Assembly: GCA_047495785.1 (NCBI GenBank)
Contig: JBLDXI010000029.1
Span: 248,001 to 312,000 of the forward strand
Source: Lepidodermella squamata
Taxonomy: Eukaryota; Animalia; Gastrotricha
DNA: 64,000 nucleotides
Direction of reading: 5' to 3'
Part shown: one piece after another, positions 22,259 through 33,600 of the stretch
Layout of the letters: each line of letters starts with the position of its first letter
How positions within the stretch are numbered: position 1 is the stretch's first letter
Notes under the pieces: model-generated
Told to the model about the DNA's origin: nothing
The model's input: only the letters and a program-made list of their open reading frames with translations
The model's database searches: none
Made by a program: the position numbers and the translations under genes

Positions 22259-23593
22259 TTATTGCTGAAAAATTGCAACAAAAATTAAGAATGGTACCAG
22301 CCATTTTTGCGTGATGTAAGTTCTTTGCCCGAACTCGCTACACGATGATTCGAGCTGGTAAGCTTCGAGCTGATACGGCGGTGAGGTAGTGAAGAATAGT
22401 GTTTTGTTGTGATAGACCATCCGATCGGCTTTAAAGCCTTTAATCACAAACTCCCCACTGGATTTGTCCATGGCCGATAGCGAGTTACAAGCTCGAGAGA
22501 AGACGTAGTCGTTGATCACGATAACTCGATCTCGATAAGACGAGCCTTTCCAGTAACAAAAATAAGTCGCTACGACTTGTCCATCAGAATTTCTCACAAC
22601 AACAACAGCATTGTTCCGAGCACTGACTAAATAGGTGTAGGTGCCATCTGTGCCCCAACTTTCGTTATTCTCCAGGATTTTATCCGATCGCCACAGCTCG
22701 ACCTGTCGATTGATTGCTATTCCATGCAGATTGACCATGCAATCGCTGGCCCATAACAGACTGCAGGTGTAACTTGTGGCAATTGCGATTTCATTTGATA
22801 TAACAGGCGACCACCAAAACATGTCTGCGCCCAATTCATCGGACGATTGGAACGTAAACGACCACAGCTCGTCGCCAGAAACAGGGTCCAGTTCAGCTAG
22901 TCGATACGGCAAGGAGATAAAAAGCCTCCGCTTTTGATAAACCGTAGCTGAGTACGTTGTATTGGGACTAAAATCTGCCGTGAAAATCGGTTTTAACGTC
23001 GGTAGCTCATAAGCTATGATTTCATTGGCCCGCCCAGTGTAAACGACCCCCAATTCATCAATATTTGAGTTTGAAAATCCTATATTAGATGGGCCTGTTT
23101 TACCGTGTAAGTAGGTTCTCGCGGTTATCACTTTAAGTTGATTGATGTCTATCACTAAATTGACCTCATAATTCGAAGCATCGCCCCGTATGAAGATGTA
23201 AAATCTGTCGTCTCGGCCCTTTGCAACAATAGGCGTGCTGATAGTCGAGAAGTATCCGTATGGCTGATTTTTGAATAAAGGAATCGATTTCTTCAACTGG
23301 CCACTTTTTTCGTCGATCGCATGGAGTAGGCCGAGCTTGTCCGCGTAGAATACCAGTCCTGCGTAGATTATAGGTAGCGATTCAAGGCAAAGAGATTCAG
23401 GCATTGCGTGGGTCCATAACTGTTTCGGCCGTTTAAGCCGTGGTCCTAGTGTTTCGTTTTTGAAACCAGTGTGACCTGCGTCACCATCGAAATGCGTCCA
23501 AGGCCCGTCGTAGATTTTCCGCGAATCCGAAACCAAACATGCACCGAACGAGGTCAATAGGCTTGAGTGGATAAGTGTTGGAAAAACAAACAT
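22259..23593 (-). CDS. PQQ-like / BamB-type beta-propeller protein with signal peptide and hydrophobic C-terminal tail
   Basis: 444 aa, single exon. N-terminal WTHFDGDAGHTGF...KQLW motif. Blade motifs PIIYAGLVFYADKLGLLHAIDEKSGQL, LAELDPVSGDELW, LHGIAINRQVELW, LSAMDKSSGE. C-terminus WLVPFLIFVAIF. Confidence 0.7.
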   Translation of the reverse strand: MFVFPTLIHSSLLTSFGACLVSDSRKIYDGPWTHFDGDAGHTGFKNETLGPRLKRPKQLWTHAMPESLCLESLPIIYAGLVFYADKLGLLHAIDEKSGQLKKSIPLFKNQPYGYFSTISTPIVAKGRDDRFYIFIRGDASNYEVNLVIDINQLKVITARTYLHGKTGPSNIGFSNSNIDELGVVYTGRANEIIAYELPTLKPIFTADFSPNTTYSATVYQKRRLFISLPYRLAELDPVSGDELWSFTFQSSDELGADMFWWSPVISNEIAIATSYTCSLLWASDCMVNLHGIAINRQVELWRSDKILENNESWGTDGTYTYLVSARNNAVVVVRNSDGQVVATYFCYWKGSSYRDRVIVINDYVFSRACNSLSAMDKSSGEFVIKGFKADRMVYHNKTLFFTTSPPYQLEAYQLESSCSEFGQRTYITQKWLVPFLIFVAIFQQ

Positions 23594-24307
23594 TTATAGT
23601 TTAATGTCGAATGATGTGTGTTTTACACGAGAAGTGGGCGATGAGGAATTGTTATAAGCTAAAGAGGGCGCCTCGCGACATGGAGTATTGCGTACCGGAA
23701 CGATGAAGTGGTTTTGTTCTCTATGCGCTAGTAGATCGATACTAATTCGAGAAGGTTTTCGCATCCTTTTTCGCGTTATTTCCCCAGGGCTTCCTTGCTC
23801 TAAGTATGCTTATTCCATATTTTCATTTAAGGGAGTATCTTAATTCATCCCTCAAGAAACCCAATCAACATATTAATTTTTAATGTGTCTGCTTATGCAA
23901 TAGGAGCATTTCTGCTTCCTGCTCCCGAATAAGCTGTTTGAGGTAATACCATCTGAAAATTGAAGCAACGCGTTGTCAGTGGAGTTAATGTCATGCATTT
24001 ATTATTTGTGATCAGGTCGAGCAAGTCAGAAGGCTGTGTCCCAGTCTTTCAGATATCGCATTCTGCCCTGCCCTATTTCTTACCTTTTCTATTACTAAAT
24101 TGTTTACATAGTTTCCTTTTTATGCTTTCAAGTGAGAAGATAAGCCAATGATTTATGATTATGTAGGCATCCTACTTTACTCTTTCATCAGCTTGCGTTC
24201 TGATTTCCAGACCATTCAAAGACGCCTTTTGACTTGGATAGATGAATAGTCTGCATCTGGCAATTAAACGCGTCAAATCGCACTGAAAGCAACCGCTTAA
24301 CGATTTA

Positions 24308-25482
24308 ATGCAATCCCAGTGCATTAGAGGTGGTATGGCGACAACTCAAGATTTCTTATCGCGGCTACTCGAAAAAGTCAACGTCGTAGTCGTTAGCCTT
24401 CGAGAAGCATCACCAACACCCAGTGATGTCAATGTCGAGAGCATAGCGAATTCTTTCGAGGACTTGGCGTCGAGCGTCAAAATTTTCCATAGCATCCATC
24501 GAAAAAGATTAAAGGAGCAAAACATATTCGAAGCCTATTTCGAACTTCAAGGCTGCTTGATCAAGATGCGATCTACGCTAAAACGACATCTAAAGGAAGG
24601 ATTGAGTGGTTCTCAGAGGTAAACATATCGTTAGCGGCGCGCCAAAACAACCACTTAGATGATTCATTCGATCGTACTTGAAGTCGCCGAACGTAATGAT
24701 AAAGTACGATAGGCCATTTGAGCACTGATTTTTTTCTACTCTCGATCGTACTATCCATATAAAATCTATAAATAGTAAAGTGGTTGTTTTGGCGCGCCGC
24801 TAACGATATTGAGCTATCAAACATTTGGTCTATATCGAGTGTATTCAGGGAGAAGTTTCGATCCAAATCGCTGTATCTATCAGCGATTTTCTGTCAAATG
24901 TATGAGAAGCTGAGAGACTTCCACGACGAGTTAGCTATGTCTCTTTTGCCGAACTCTGAGTTCTACATCTTTACGAAAAGAATCCATGACATTTTCGATA
25001 CGGCAGTTGTGTCTCTGGCTAGTTTCAGCTTTTACCTAGGCTATGATTCTCTAAGGGCTAGAAATGGCGGGGACCTGCCGCCGTTATCGGTCGAGGCACT
25101 GCCGGAGTCGGATCCCACCGAAGAATTGCCACCCGCCCCGAGCTTGCAGCGAATCAATGTTCTCTATCGCCCTATTTGCATCTCGATCCGACGCATGCCT
25201 CTGCCGAAATGCCGAGTCGACCCAGTATGGACACCTAGCGAGCCTGTTTCTCAGTTTAAAAGATCGTCATCTTTCTCGCTAATCGGTGGTAAAGCGTTCA
25301 ATGAAGGATTCATGGAGATTAATTCGCAGCCGAAACCATTTGGACCGGTAAGGTCCAAACCACCGAAACACGGCTTGGCAATCTACCGAGCCAAGGAAGT
25401 TCAAAGGGCATATGGAAATCGACAGGAGAAACTTGTTCTACCGCCGATTTCGCGTGATGTGAACCTTGTTGCGCAACAGTAA
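24308..25482 (+). CDS. Two-exon protein of unknown function
   Basis: Exon 1 ends at 24618 (CAG AG|gtaaac) and joins in frame at 24849 (ttcag|G GAG AAG = R-E-K-F-R-S). AATAAA just after the stop. Start could be 24308 or 24335. No domain recognised. Confidence 0.6.
24625..24809. mobile_element. MITE-like element with a perfect 32-bp inverted repeat, in an intron
   Basis: ATATCGTTAGCGGCGCGCCAAAACAACCACTT (24625-24656) and its exact reverse complement at 24778-24809. Confidence 0.75.
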
Positions 25483-26270
25483 CTAAATAAATTAGCTAAA
25501 CATTGGTTTTAGCTATTGACATATTGAATATTCAGTCATATTACTTTAGGTTGAATTGTACTTTCCAATTCGCTGAATTCGGCTACGCATATTTACAAAA
25601 GTTTTGTTGACTCCCATAACTAGCAGGTTGTTGACTTCCGGTGATCGATAAAAGCACTGGGTAGCGCCACAACAATGCCCTCGGCGCTGCTTAATTTGCC
25701 GGCTCGCATTCATTGTATAGCTAAATTTGATTACTCACACACTCACAGTTACTGGCTAATGAATATTTGCTGTATAATTTGTCGAATCAAATATTGAGTT
25801 CTTTCCTTAGTAACCGTTGCTTCCTGTTGCCATGGCTACTTATTAATTGATGCAGAAAGTCACAACGTCGTACTCATTCTAGAAGTATAACAGTGACGAG
25901 CTCTGAGTGAGGAATGAGCTCCGCGTTCTGTATTTCGGCATCCAGTCGGTTGTTAGAGCTCGGGCGGCGAGATAAACTTTAAGGGCACTTAGTATATTAT
26001 AGCCAAAGGTAAGGCTATAGGCTATAGGCTTTGGGGATCACTCAATACCACCTTCCTTCTTTCGGCATAACGAACTCTCCCATATCAAATCTACACTCCT
26101 AGATATTCCCTCTATCCCCGCTTTGGACCGGAATACTCTAAAACTTTCCTTTGAATTCTGTCGCTGGAAACTAATATTTGCCGGATTGGAGTAATTTTGG
26201 GTCTGTTAATCCACCGCATTGATACAGCATCACTTTCCACATCCATAGGACGATTTTCTATATTATTAAC

Positions 26271-27518
26271 ATGATCGAGGATCAATGTAAATGCCTTCAG
26301 GTTTTCTCGATTACAATCCGATCAATCAACCTCATTTCAGCAGTCGTGACGCTTTTTCTATTATGCTGGGCGCTCTTTACCTTCCATTTGGTTTCCTATT
26401 GCATGAAGTCATGTGACCAGCGTTTTCTACCGGCTTTGCAAAAGCCAAGCTGGAACACATTTGACAGCCTTATTGCGAATAGCTCACGAAAATCAGAGAT
26501 CGAAACTGATTTTCCAATATTTCTCGGCCAAAGGAACGAATCAGCCGACCCGCAGCCTTGGATCCTTGCCCTATCAACAATCTGCACTTTGGACTGCAAG
26601 AAAACAATGCTCAAACTTCAGTGGCCTGTCATCATGTCCATTTTCCACGTCTGCCTCATTCTGAAGTTGCTTAGGAAAACTTCCTATCGCGAAAAAGAAG
26701 AATACGCCTTCGTAACACTGTGCTACGTCTTTGATCTGCTCTTACAATGCGTTAGCTTGAGCCAATTGATAACCCATTTCAGGTATAATCAGGAAAACAA
26801 GCCTGAACTCAAGTATGCAGTCTTATTTTCCTCAAAATTACTACCTGATTACAATCAAGTTATTCTACTTGTTTTACCTGCTTCTGTTGTCTCAATGCTT
26901 TCGAATTTGCTACAAGCTGTGCTAGACCAATTCAATCCAGTGACTGAAAAACAAGTTGATTCGACAAGAAAACTTGTCTACCGCTTCAGAATTCTCCATA
27001 CCCATGCTTCGTCTCAACTGATTTGGTTCGTAAACAGCATTTCAGCCCTTGCTAATTGCTACCTCAATCTCTGGATGTGGTTCAGGTCATACGGTCTCAA
27101 CGACGATAGCTTCACGCAAATTACAATTATACTAGCCTTTTCTCAATGCGTGATATGTTTTGGTTACATGCCATCTTCAAATCGTTACAAAAGCTCGAGA
27201 CAAGAAAAAATCGCCTGGATTCTGTTCATTTGTCAATCGGCGCTGCTTAGTGGGATAATCACGTGGTCGTTGGTTGTTGAGACTTGTTATGACTTGAAGA
27301 AGCCTGTTTTCGCTGCGGTATCCTTACTGCTACTTCTAGCAGACTTTAGCAGCCGCTCAACGCCTTGTGACTGTGGCGGTGATAATGCTGAGAATCTTTC
27401 TATAGACGAAGGCAAGTTCGACGAAGTTTGGGTCGAAGATGTCAATCGTAAAGCCAGCATTATTGTAATTGAAGTAACTGAAGAAGCAAAGGAAAGGCCT
27501 TTTGAAACTCACGTTTGA
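26271..27518 (+). CDS. Multi-pass membrane protein of unknown family
   Basis: 415-aa single-exon ORF with roughly 7-9 hydrophobic segments and an acidic C-terminal tail. AATAAA follows the stop. Confidence 0.7.
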   Translation: MIEDQCKCLQVFSITIRSINLISAVVTLFLLCWALFTFHLVSYCMKSCDQRFLPALQKPSWNTFDSLIANSSRKSEIETDFPIFLGQRNESADPQPWILALSTICTLDCKKTMLKLQWPVIMSIFHVCLILKLLRKTSYREKEEYAFVTLCYVFDLLLQCVSLSQLITHFRYNQENKPELKYAVLFSSKLLPDYNQVILLVLPASVVSMLSNLLQAVLDQFNPVTEKQVDSTRKLVYRFRILHTHASSQLIWFVNSISALANCYLNLWMWFRSYGLNDDSFTQITIILAFSQCVICFGYMPSSNRYKSSRQEKIAWILFICQSALLSGIITWSLVVETCYDLKKPVFAAVSLLLLLADFSSRSTPCDCGGDNAENLSIDEGKFDEVWVEDVNRKASIIVIEVTEEAKERPFETHV

Positions 27519-27727
27519 ATATAAATAAACCTGCTTCAACATCGAAGGTTGAAAGGTACATTTGTTACCCTAATGTATAATTTCGATAAAAGAAGCTATC
27601 TGGAAAAATTGGAACAAGACCAGTTTAAAATAGCACAACAGAAACGTATTACGAGCAATTTTAATGTGGTTTTTGTAATAAATAAGTTTTCAACTGCATA
27701 GAGCCATTTAATAACAGTTCTTATAGC

Positions 27728-29778
27728 TCAAGGTCCACATATTTCCGGATACAACCCAGCACAGTCCTGCTTGTCCGCACCTCTGCTAACCAGCAGCCTA
27801 GCCACACTGGCATGGCCGTAGCGAGTCGCATATGTCAAGGCCCGCCATCGGTTATCAGCTTGAGCGTTCTTGTCAGCGCCTCGATCTAGCAGCAGCCGAA
27901 CCACGCTAGTATAACCACGATACGCCGCCCAGATAAGCGCAGTGAACCCGCTGGAATCTCGCAAATCAACGTAGTCCCGCACCTTACCATCCGTAGCGTT
28001 GAGAATCAGCTCGATTGTTGCCAAATAATCGCTTGAATTTCCAGATTTAGCTGCGACAATCAACGGAGTTGCACCAGTTGCGTCCTCTGATTCCAGATCA
28101 AAATTGGCCTGATTTATGAGATAGCGAACTGTTTGCGAACGTCCTTTAGCAGCAGCGGCAAACAGCTCCTGAATATTGCTCTTACCACTTTCAGGCGGAA
28201 TTTCGATCATGGAACAGTTGAACTCATCGCTGCCGTCCACTTAAAAAAAGAGACTTGAGAACTTCCTTGAATTCTGGGGGAATAACATTTTCTTACCACA
28301 TTGCTTGAGGTGGTCGCATTGATTTTTGACCGGGATACAACCTGACTGGTTCCCACATTCAAAAAGCCTAGGCCCGCCACAGGATTCTATGTATGGCGTT
28401 GAAGCTGGAACGCAGACATCGACATCACTATTGATGCGCCCATCGTGGCTCAACCAAGCGCCGTCTAGTCTGCATTGCAGGGTGGCTAATTCCAAACTAG
28501 CATTGTTGCCCCTTGGCCTGAATCCATCCAAGCAGCGAATGTACAAAACCTGGTCGACAGCAGCCAATGGGGACATCGTTGTCAATGGGAAGTCATCGGA
28601 ATCATCCTCCATCGTTTCAAACGTAAAAAAGCCGTTGTCTATGCTGGGCACGACGCATCGAATCGGCATTTTTGCCCGTTTTACGCATTGCCCGGGGACT
28701 GACCACGTTGCGCTGCTCAAACACGTTACAGATGCATTACCTTTCAATTGATATCCAGCTCGACACGTCAAATTTCGATATGAACCAATTTTTGCCATTG
28801 AATCTTCGTCGTAGCTCAGAAAAATTCCATTGTCAACAACAGGCAATGTCCCACAAGATGACGGTGCTGCTGGAACCGCCGGAGCAGGATCTGTCGAATA
28901 ACTACCTAGTCTGGGAATTTGTAATCGCAACCATGGCAACGCGACGCAAATTTTGCTGAAGATCACGCTCAAACACTGATCTGGGTTAGCAAACGACGCG
29001 ATGCCAAATAGCAAACTGCCATTTTTTCCCTGGCAAACTGTTGGGGATCCGTGCTTCTCGAAGCCACAATCTGTTTCATTGGCCTGTTCAGACGTTGCAC
29101 AAAACGTATTTCGCTTCGATAGCGCATCAAACGTTGAATTGAAGCATTCAGACAAATCATCGCGAATTTCAATATTTTTAGCGATTGGGCTTGTAAATTG
29201 GGATCTGTTGTCAAATTTATTGCAAAATTCTGGTTTTTGGCACTGTGCCAAAGTTGGGATCTGTATTGGATTCAGGTAAGGGTGGCTTATAGATGGCTTG
29301 ATTGGCGTTGGAAGGCGGATTAGAGCGAAATCGAAGTGGTAAATGCCGAATATACTAGAAGTAACGAATTGAGGGTGAACGTAGATTCGGGTTGATTTTA
29401 GCTCGAAAACACCAGACAAGCGGCTTATAGGATCGTCCTCGGGTTCATTTTGTAACAAGACACTATTAATAGCTGGTTGGTGAACTGAAATTGCGTAAGC
29501 TGTACTTCCCCTTACCTTTTGGCTGAATCCATGGTATCCAAGTCGGAGTTCGGGTTGAAAGTGCGCACACAATGAGCTGCAGTCACGACCCATTCCGGAT
29601 CGATCAAAGTTCCGATGCAAACAGTGATGAAGTCATTCGGAAAATAAACTGTCAGACGCAGAGTTGATGTTTTGTTGATGGTTTGTCGAGGCTTGTCGAT
29701 GGTTGAATTTTCCAAAGCATTTCCGAACGAAAAGCACGTGAAGCAAAGCCAGGTGAGATTGAATAGGAACGAATTCAT
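27728..29778 (-). CDS. Gene H: secreted pseudo-trypsin - 2xCCP - LDLa - ankyrin-repeat protein
   Basis: Exons 29778-29516, 29462-28297, ~28239-27728. Signal MNSFLFNLTWLCFTCFSFGNA. Trypsin motifs CIGTLIDPEWVVTAAHC and DFALIRL, but CGFEKHGSP replaces GDSGGP. Two CCP; LDLa (CIPVKNQCDHLKQC/VDGSDEFNC); ANK; ends DKQDCAGLYPEICGP*. Confidence 0.85.
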
Positions 29779-30630
29779 TTTACTTGTTTATTATTGCATT
29801 TTCTCAAATAGCCTGATAGCAAGTACTTAGTCCAGCGGCGTAGCCTGGTGAAATAATTGGCACCTTGTCGAGATTTGTTTGGAACTATGTAACATGATGC
29901 GCAGTGCATAATATTGTAATATCAATATTGCCACAAAGAACGTAGTAGTTATCACGTTCTTTTTCTAAGACAAATATTTGTAGTTATTGGATTTTTCCTG
30001 AGAAAGAAGGTGTATCGGTCAAGAAATAAATGTGTAATTAGTTTTCAATAGTTGTGCATTCAATAACTTTGAGGGTCAAGGTAATCATTTTAGTATAAAG
30101 CCCCGAAGAAATACTCATTAAAACGTTAACTGCCAACCTACTGTGAGATCCGATATTTGGATCCAAATCTTGGAGCTGTCAAATGCTCTTTAATTGAAGT
30201 TCAAAGACGCGCCGAAGGGCAAAACTCTTGACGGGGAAATGTAGGCCATGTCTCAGGGATGCTGGCGACACCAAATTCATGGCTCAAAACATCATGGATT
30301 GCGCAGGAATCAATTTGAAAAAACTGTGAAACATTTGGATTAGAGCCAGGAGTCAGACCATAGAATCGGAGCCAATTATTAGACCCAGATTGTGGCGCAG
30401 CAATCAAAAAATTTACAGGTTAATCATCATTTTTCTCAAGTTGATGGTTACTACTTCAATGGGCAATAGGCGATGTGTTGTTTGCATGTTTCACTCAAAT
30501 TCGCCATGTGTTACAGCTAAATCAACAGTGTTGCGTTTGCCGACCGGTTTTAACACAAGAAAAGGATGAATTCGAATGAAAGCTTGGATGAAGTAACACT
30601 ATCTTCCGAAAACTCTCAAAATTCTCCTGT

Positions 30631-33600
30631 ATGATGAAATACTTCATTTCAGGCAGCACTATATGCTGTCTGCTTGCAATTATATGGCAGGCCGATGCTG
30701 TGGTTAGCAGGAATTTCGCCACGTAAGTCCCTCTTTATAATAAAATGCACAAATATTCCACATGAAGATAGATTCGGACTTCAGAGAAAATTCTAATTCA
30801 ATCTCAGTTAGGAAGTGCAATTAATACTCTGAATTCTGAGCATTCGATAAAAAACTATCATGCTTTCAAGTATTTAATTTAAAATTTAATGCTAATTGAA
30901 GTTCACAAACATAATTATTATTAAAAAATCTCAATTAATGCTTTTTTAACCAACGTTCATCGAGTTTAACTGCTTTAGATCCGGACCTCGATTATCGACC
31001 ATAAATTGGAGAAAGTTGCATGGTTTACGCTTGCCAGCTGATCAGCTTTATGAATTGAAGCAAGAATACTCACCGGAACAGTTGAAAACGGAACGAGATT
31101 CCAATGGCGACAGTGTTCTTCACAAAGCAGCAGATCGCGGAGCTCTTAAAATCTTGAAATACCTTATAAACGACCTTGAAATGGACGTCAACGAGCGCAA
31201 CAACCTCGGCGAATCGCCTCTTCATTTCGCAGCCGCTAGAGACAGCTTTGAAATCATCGATGAACTGCTAAAGTTTTCGTTTATCGAATCAAAAGACAAC
31301 CAAGGCGAAACTCCGTTGTTCTACGCCGCCAGATCGAACTCTGTTGGAGCGTTGGACGTCGTGAAGCACCTTTTGCAGGCTGGAGCTGATCCTCAAGCTC
31401 AAGATGACAATGGTCGATACGTTTTCTTTTCGACGAACAATACGAAAATCGCTGAGTTGTTGATGAAAGCAACGAAGAAAACAGATGGTGGGGCGACAGG
31501 ACGACTTGCCAAGTCTAAAACACTGTCAACTTCGCACTTGTTGGCTGCGGATGGCAGAATCGAAATATTTCACACCGACCTGTATCTTGTTGCATTTAAC
31601 GAATCAGCTATTGATAGCTTTAACGAAACAGCGCTTTGTTATGCTGTAAGGAACGGTCATTGTAATACATTCCTACGGAGGCTTTTCACGATGAAGATAT
31701 CAACGCGAGGTTTGATCAATTCGACACGATGCTGGTACAAGGAGAAGAATGATCGGTTCGTGTCGCAGCGCGTTAATGGTTCGCTGCTTCATCTGGCGGC
31801 GTTCCTTCAAAACGGAGACTGCGTCAAGTTTTTGATGGAGTTTGGTGCTGATGCTTCCTCTGTCGATTCTCAAGGGGGCAGCGTTTTCCACGCAATAGCC
31901 ATGCGATCGGTAGACAACTCAGGTATAGAATTAAACAAATGAACAAATGAACAAATGAAAATGTTTTATTTTACGTCCACCTTCGGCTAAAAGTGATGGT
32001 AATATATATACAAGCCTTACCCGTGAGGGTTTAGGGGACGGCGGACGGCTGACGACGAGAGATCAGCTTCAGGAACAGTCGCGAACAATCTGCTTTTTCC
32101 CATGAATTCATAATTTTCTAGAATTTTTCTAGAATTATAGAATTAAACATGATACTTATACAATTTATCAAAATTTGCTCGCAACATTTCATTTCGCTAA
32201 TGTTGCTCAATTTCGAAGAGGCCATGCGTTATAAGCTTTATGGAATTTTGTATGATCTCGAATTTTCACATTACCTCTTATCACTGAAGCTTCTTTTTCT
32301 GTTTTAGATGCTCGTCAGATCTTGACCACTCTGGCCAGCAAGGCCTACAACGTGACGACACTCAAAGATGGCAATGGAAAGTCGCCATTTTTACTCGCTG
32401 TGCAAAACCGAGCTGAAAATTTAGCTGTGGCATTGATGGCAATTTCTCCTGATGTGACTGGTGAAAGCCTGTTGTCCGGGAATACAGCCCTTCATCTGGC
32501 AATATCCGGAAATATGTCAACGGATTTTCTATCCCAAATCGTCGAAAGCGATGTCATTGACCTCGGAGCAGTGAACAAAGCCGGACAAACTGCGTTACAC
32601 CTCGCTGTTTTGTACCAACGGCTGGAAGTAGTTAAAGCTCTCGTTTCGAAATCAAATCGCATCGCGACGTTGAAAGACAATTTTGGTCGTTCGCCGCTAC
32701 ATTGGGCAGTTGGATGCTCTGATTTGAAGCTGGCAATAGCCGAAGAACTTCTGCAAAGCCTAGCCCTGGATCCGTCGCTGCTAACAAAAGCTCAGCATCA
32801 AAAAGATTCGGCCGGTTTAACGATGCTGTCTCTTGCGGTTGAACGAAACTGCCCGACCCTTGTCGAGATGCTTCTTGATAAATTCGCCGCGCCATGTTTC
32901 GGCACTCTGGGTGGAATTGATTTGATGTCATGGGCAGAGATAAATGGCCTTCAAGAAATCAAAGATATCATGGATAAATTCGGAACTTGCGCCTCGTTCT
33001 CCAAAGATCCCGTCCTTTTAGGTGAGAACGGCTGGTTTTCTAACTCATCTCGAAATGAATTCTTCATTATGTGATTTCTTCTCTCAGTGTTATGGTTAAT
33101 TTCAGTTATGTTTGCTTATTAAATCTATGTCAATTTTTGCAACTTTAGACAAGCCTCACTCAGTGCCACATGGTAAAATTGTATTCACGACGGACGATGC
33201 TGACTCCCAAGACTCCTCAATTGGTCGCATCGAGTGTGATTCTGGCTACTCGTTGGTTGGCTCTGATTTTGTTGGCTTAGACGCAGAGTTGAAAGACTGG
33301 AAGGTTGACGGCCGGTGTTTCGAGACCTGCGATGAGGAGGGAATCGTTGTAGATAATGGCGCGATCAAAAGCCAAAGCCCGAATACAGTGGGCACCATTG
33401 TCGAGATTGAATGCTTTGAAGGATATGAATTGATTGGACGTAACGCTGCAGTTTGTCAAGCTGGGGGCAAGTGGTCGAAACCGGGCCGCTGCGAATCAGG
33501 TATTCAGATACGATTTTTTAGTGAAATCTACTTAGTTTTACCTGTTTAGAGAATTGCGTGGCACCGGAAGAAAAGAATGGGGTCATCGTGGTTCTGAAAT

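Noticed and set aside
31933-31962. Short tandem repeats (AACAAATG x3; also near 21728, 26011, 38870, 41198) as CRISPR-like or regulatory arrays
   Set aside because: Simple slippage repeats with no spacers and no cas genes, in a eukaryotic context.
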